Program-made: the position numbers and the translations under genes
Shown: positions 60,783 to 64,000 of the stretch, piece by piece
How the letters are laid out: every line of letters starts with the position of its first letter
How positions within the stretch are numbered: the first letter of the stretch is position 1
Notes under the pieces: model-generated
Seen by the model: only the letters and a program-made list of their open reading frames with translations
Database searches by the model: none
Told to the model about the DNA's origin: nothing
DNA from: Vicugna vicugna
Lineage: Eukaryota
NCBI GenBank assembly: GCA_013265495.1
Contig: MU058289.1
Coordinates: 806,001 to 870,000, forward strand
Reading direction: 5' to 3'
DNA length: 64,000 nucleotides

Positions 60783-63086
60783 TTCAGAAGCACTGACAGA
60801 GCCAGCCCTCCTACACAGTTGCAGGCACGTGAAGCCACACTGACTGTGTACATTCGTAACCAGCCCCACGCACACGTTTATGTGAGTGCACAGAGAAGCA
60901 CACAGCCATACAACCAGCCATGCTGTGGTTTCAAAACCAGAAACACACACACGCTCCTGTTCACACCCTCAGGCACCTGCAGATGGACACACAGTCACAG
61001 ACAGGCCTACACGCTGTGTTCACACGCTTGGAGGCACCCTAAACAGGTGTCGATGTGTTTCATCCAGAACCTCCCTGTCCCTGAGCTCATGTGGCCCCCT
61101 GGAGGACAACGCACCTGGCGTCCTCATGGGCAGATCAGGTTCACAGGCACTGGTGACAGAGAAACTGAGGAGCAGCTCTGGGCTCTGCCACGCCCCGCTG
61201 TGGGAACTTAAGTGGTCCTCAAGACCTCTCTGTGCCCTAGGTTTCCATCCTAGAAAACAGAGAAATTATTAAGGTCATGCCTGTCACCCTGGGCCCGGCT
61301 CAGAGGTCTCTGAACCCGACACTGTCTTATCATTAACTCCATTTTAGAGATATGCGAAGTTTAGCAAAGTGGGGATAATTCTCACAAGGTCCCTCTGGTC
61401 GTTAAGGACAGAGACCACCCCCGCCTGAAAGAGACCTGAGCCCAGACACCACACAGACCAGGGGCAGGTGGCGCACTCACGCTCGGCACAGGTGGTCCTG
61501 ACACCCACACACATGTGTGCGCCTGTGGCCTCAGAGGGCCCCGGTGGCTTCAGAGGGCTCCCTCATCCCTGTCTGTCGGAGCTTCTGCCCCTTGTGACCC
61601 TGTACCCCAGGGTCACCAGCAGTCCCTGGTTAATGATAACCCTGCTGTTTGCGTATCCCTGGAGTGGGGATGGAGGAGCCAGGGGCAAGCAGGGAGGGGC
61701 ACCTGGCCAGCTCTAGCCGGTCCTCGGCTTCTGCCCCTCACAGGGCCAGCTGCTCCAGGGTGGAGAGGCCCAGCTTCTTTGTAGCTGGTGATGCGCCAGT
61801 GATTTAACCTCTCTGCGGCTCTAATAGAATTAGCCTCAGAGGGCAGTCGAGATGATTGTCTGAAACAATCCTTGGAAAATGTTTAGAACAAAGCCTGGCA
61901 CGTGGTCAGCGCCAAAAAAACCCCCAACTTAGCTCTCTCATCTTTCTCTTCCTTGTCATCCTTCTCATCGTGAACATAAGGGAGAAGCCTGTGGGGCTGG
62001 GCACTCTGGGAGTAAGGATTTAGGCCTGTCTCCCCACTGTGTCCCTGGCCCTAAGCTCTTTATCCATCTTTTCAAAGACCCTGTAAAGAAGGTTACCAAC
62101 CCCGCTTTATAGCTGAGGTCACTGGGACCCGAATGGCCTTGCTGAAATCACAGAGCTGCTCGGGTGCAGGACAAGTGCTTGGGTCCAGAATCCACCCCCA
62201 GCTGTTGGGTGCCCATCCTGCCCTGAACCCCCAGGCAGGGGGCTTTGCCTCCATCTTCTCTCACTGAGTTCTCTACACACCCAAGAAGTGGGTGTCATGA
62301 TTGCTCTACTTGACAGATGGGCAAACTGAGGATTGAGGAGGTCTAATGTCTTTCCTGAGGCCACAGAGAACTGGGCCTGGCCCCCAGATCTGAGTGACCC
62401 TGCCTGTGAAGCCCCGTGTCCTCCAAGTGTGCTGGCAGGGGGTTGGTAGGCTTAGATCTGCCCAGCACCATGAAATGAATCATTTAACCTCCTCAGGCCT
62501 TAGTTTTCCCATCTGTAAAGTGGGAATGAATGATTCTACCCACCTCACCAGGTTGTTGTGAGGACTGAGAAAATTCATGTCAGGACTGGTGCACAGCAAG
62601 TGCTCAATGAGTATTATTACTCTTATTTCATGTTCGGTGACAAGAGTCATTTATTTATTTTTCTTATTTAATGGACAGGCTCTATCCAAACTGCTAAATC
62701 CAACTGAAAACAGCCAATAGCTACGGGTTCTGATCTCCAAAGAAGGAATGAAAATCAGGCAGAGACCCTGTGGAACCGGCTGCCTGGGACCCAGCCAGAA
62801 AACCTAGATCCCAAACAACTGGACCTCTCTCCATCTGTAAAATAGCCAAATGATAGTACCAACCTCAGAGGGCTGGGGTGAGGTCAGCATGAGCTAACAG
62901 ATGAACTTGTAGGGCAAGGCGTGGTACAGAGTCAAAATGCTGAAGAAAAAGGTGGCATCTTCATCATCCTTTATCCCTTGGGTTGGCTCCCTACCCCCAG
63001 TGGATGGTGGACACTCAAGGGGTTAATTTCGGGTAGGCAAGGAAGGTTGTGGGTTTGGGGCAGGGCAGCTGCCCTGACGAGTGTAG

Positions 63087-63100
63087 CCACCAGAGGGCGC
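63087..63100 (+). promoter_or_regulatory. Candidate CTCF site
   Basis: CCACCAGAGGGCGC matches the CTCF core consensus. Confidence 0.55.
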
Positions 63101-63978
63101 ACCCAGACCTGAGCTGGTCCCTTCAAGTCTCCGCGCCAGTGCCCACCACACCCTCCCGGAGCCAGGGGAGGGGGCTGGAGGGGGCTGGCTGGGCATGGCC
63201 AGGAGGGCTCCAGCGCTTAGTGGTCTCTCCGCCCTCCCTCCTCCTGCCTGCAGAGTCATCCGGTCCCCACCCTGGTGACATCCTCCTCACACTAGTGAGT
63301 GGGGAATCTGGGGAGGGGGTTGGCTGGGAGGGGCCAGGGCAGCTCCAGCCCTCAGTGGCCCCTCCCCTCCCATGGGGCCCTCAGTCCCTTCCCCAGGACT
63401 GCTCTTCCTATGGCCTCTGACCACCCCCCCACCACTCCTCCTCCTTTCCCTGCTTTGCCTGGCGCACCCCGTGCCTAGTGAGTCCCTTTCCCAAACCTCC
63501 TGGGAGAAGGGACGTGGGAGGAAGGGAAGAAACTTCCAGGGATCTGGAGGGAGGGGGGGTAGGAAGACAGAAATAAAGACACCAGACAGAGGAAGACTCT
63601 CTCTCACACACACACACACACACACATAGAAAGAGAGGCCAACAGAGAGAGACAGAAAGAAACAGAGAAAAAGAAAAATAGAGAGAGACAATTCAGATAG
63701 AAATAAAGAGAGACAGAGGTAGAGTGTGGGAAACAGACTAGCTCAAAGAGTCAGAAATACAAAAAGGGGGAGAGAAAGACAGGGAAAGAGAAATAAACAG
63801 AAAATCAGACACCCAGGAGACAGACCGAAGAGAGACCGAGAAAGAGGAGAGAGAAGCCAGGGCACAGCGTGCCAGCTGGCGGCATGGAGGGGTGCCCGGC
63901 GTGGGAGATGTAGTGGCCACGCCCGGGCCAGGTTGGGTGGGCAGAGGGAAGCCGGTGCCTCAGCGGGGGTCAGGGGGC

Positions 63979-64000
63979 ATGGGAGGGGCAGGAATTCTGC
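63979..64000 (+). CDS. LGI4: 5' start of leucine-rich repeat LGI family member 4 (partial, runs off the window)
   Basis: GGCATGG Kozak context, then ATG GGA GGG GCA GGA ATT CTG = MGGAGIL, matching the LGI4 N-terminus as I recall it. The position divergent from FXYD1 is as expected. Confidence 0.75.

Overview
Mammalian genomic DNA, probably from a camelid, judging by several tRNA-derived vic-1-like SINEs. It covers the FAM187B-FXYD5-FXYD7-FXYD1-LGI4 cluster. On the + strand are two paralogous FAM187B first exons: an intact one (4720-5432) and a disabled one (13035-13755). Both lie upstream of a single transmembrane-encoding second exon (16477-16861). The start of LGI4 is at the right edge. On the - strand are three complete multi-exon FXYD genes (FXYD1, FXYD7, FXYD5); I read their exons and splice sites directly from the sequence. 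The rest is mostly L1, MaLR/ERV LTR, DNA-transposon, SINE and microsatellite sequence, plus a 451-N gap whose flanks overlap. The most notable observations are: a variable-first-exon/constant-exon layout at FAM187B; an optional intron that extends the FXYD5 C-terminus; two inverted solo LTRs sitting in the same 8-bp target; and a SINE/L1 chimera. Gene names, ortholog comparisons and repeat family names come from recall, not from a database search.
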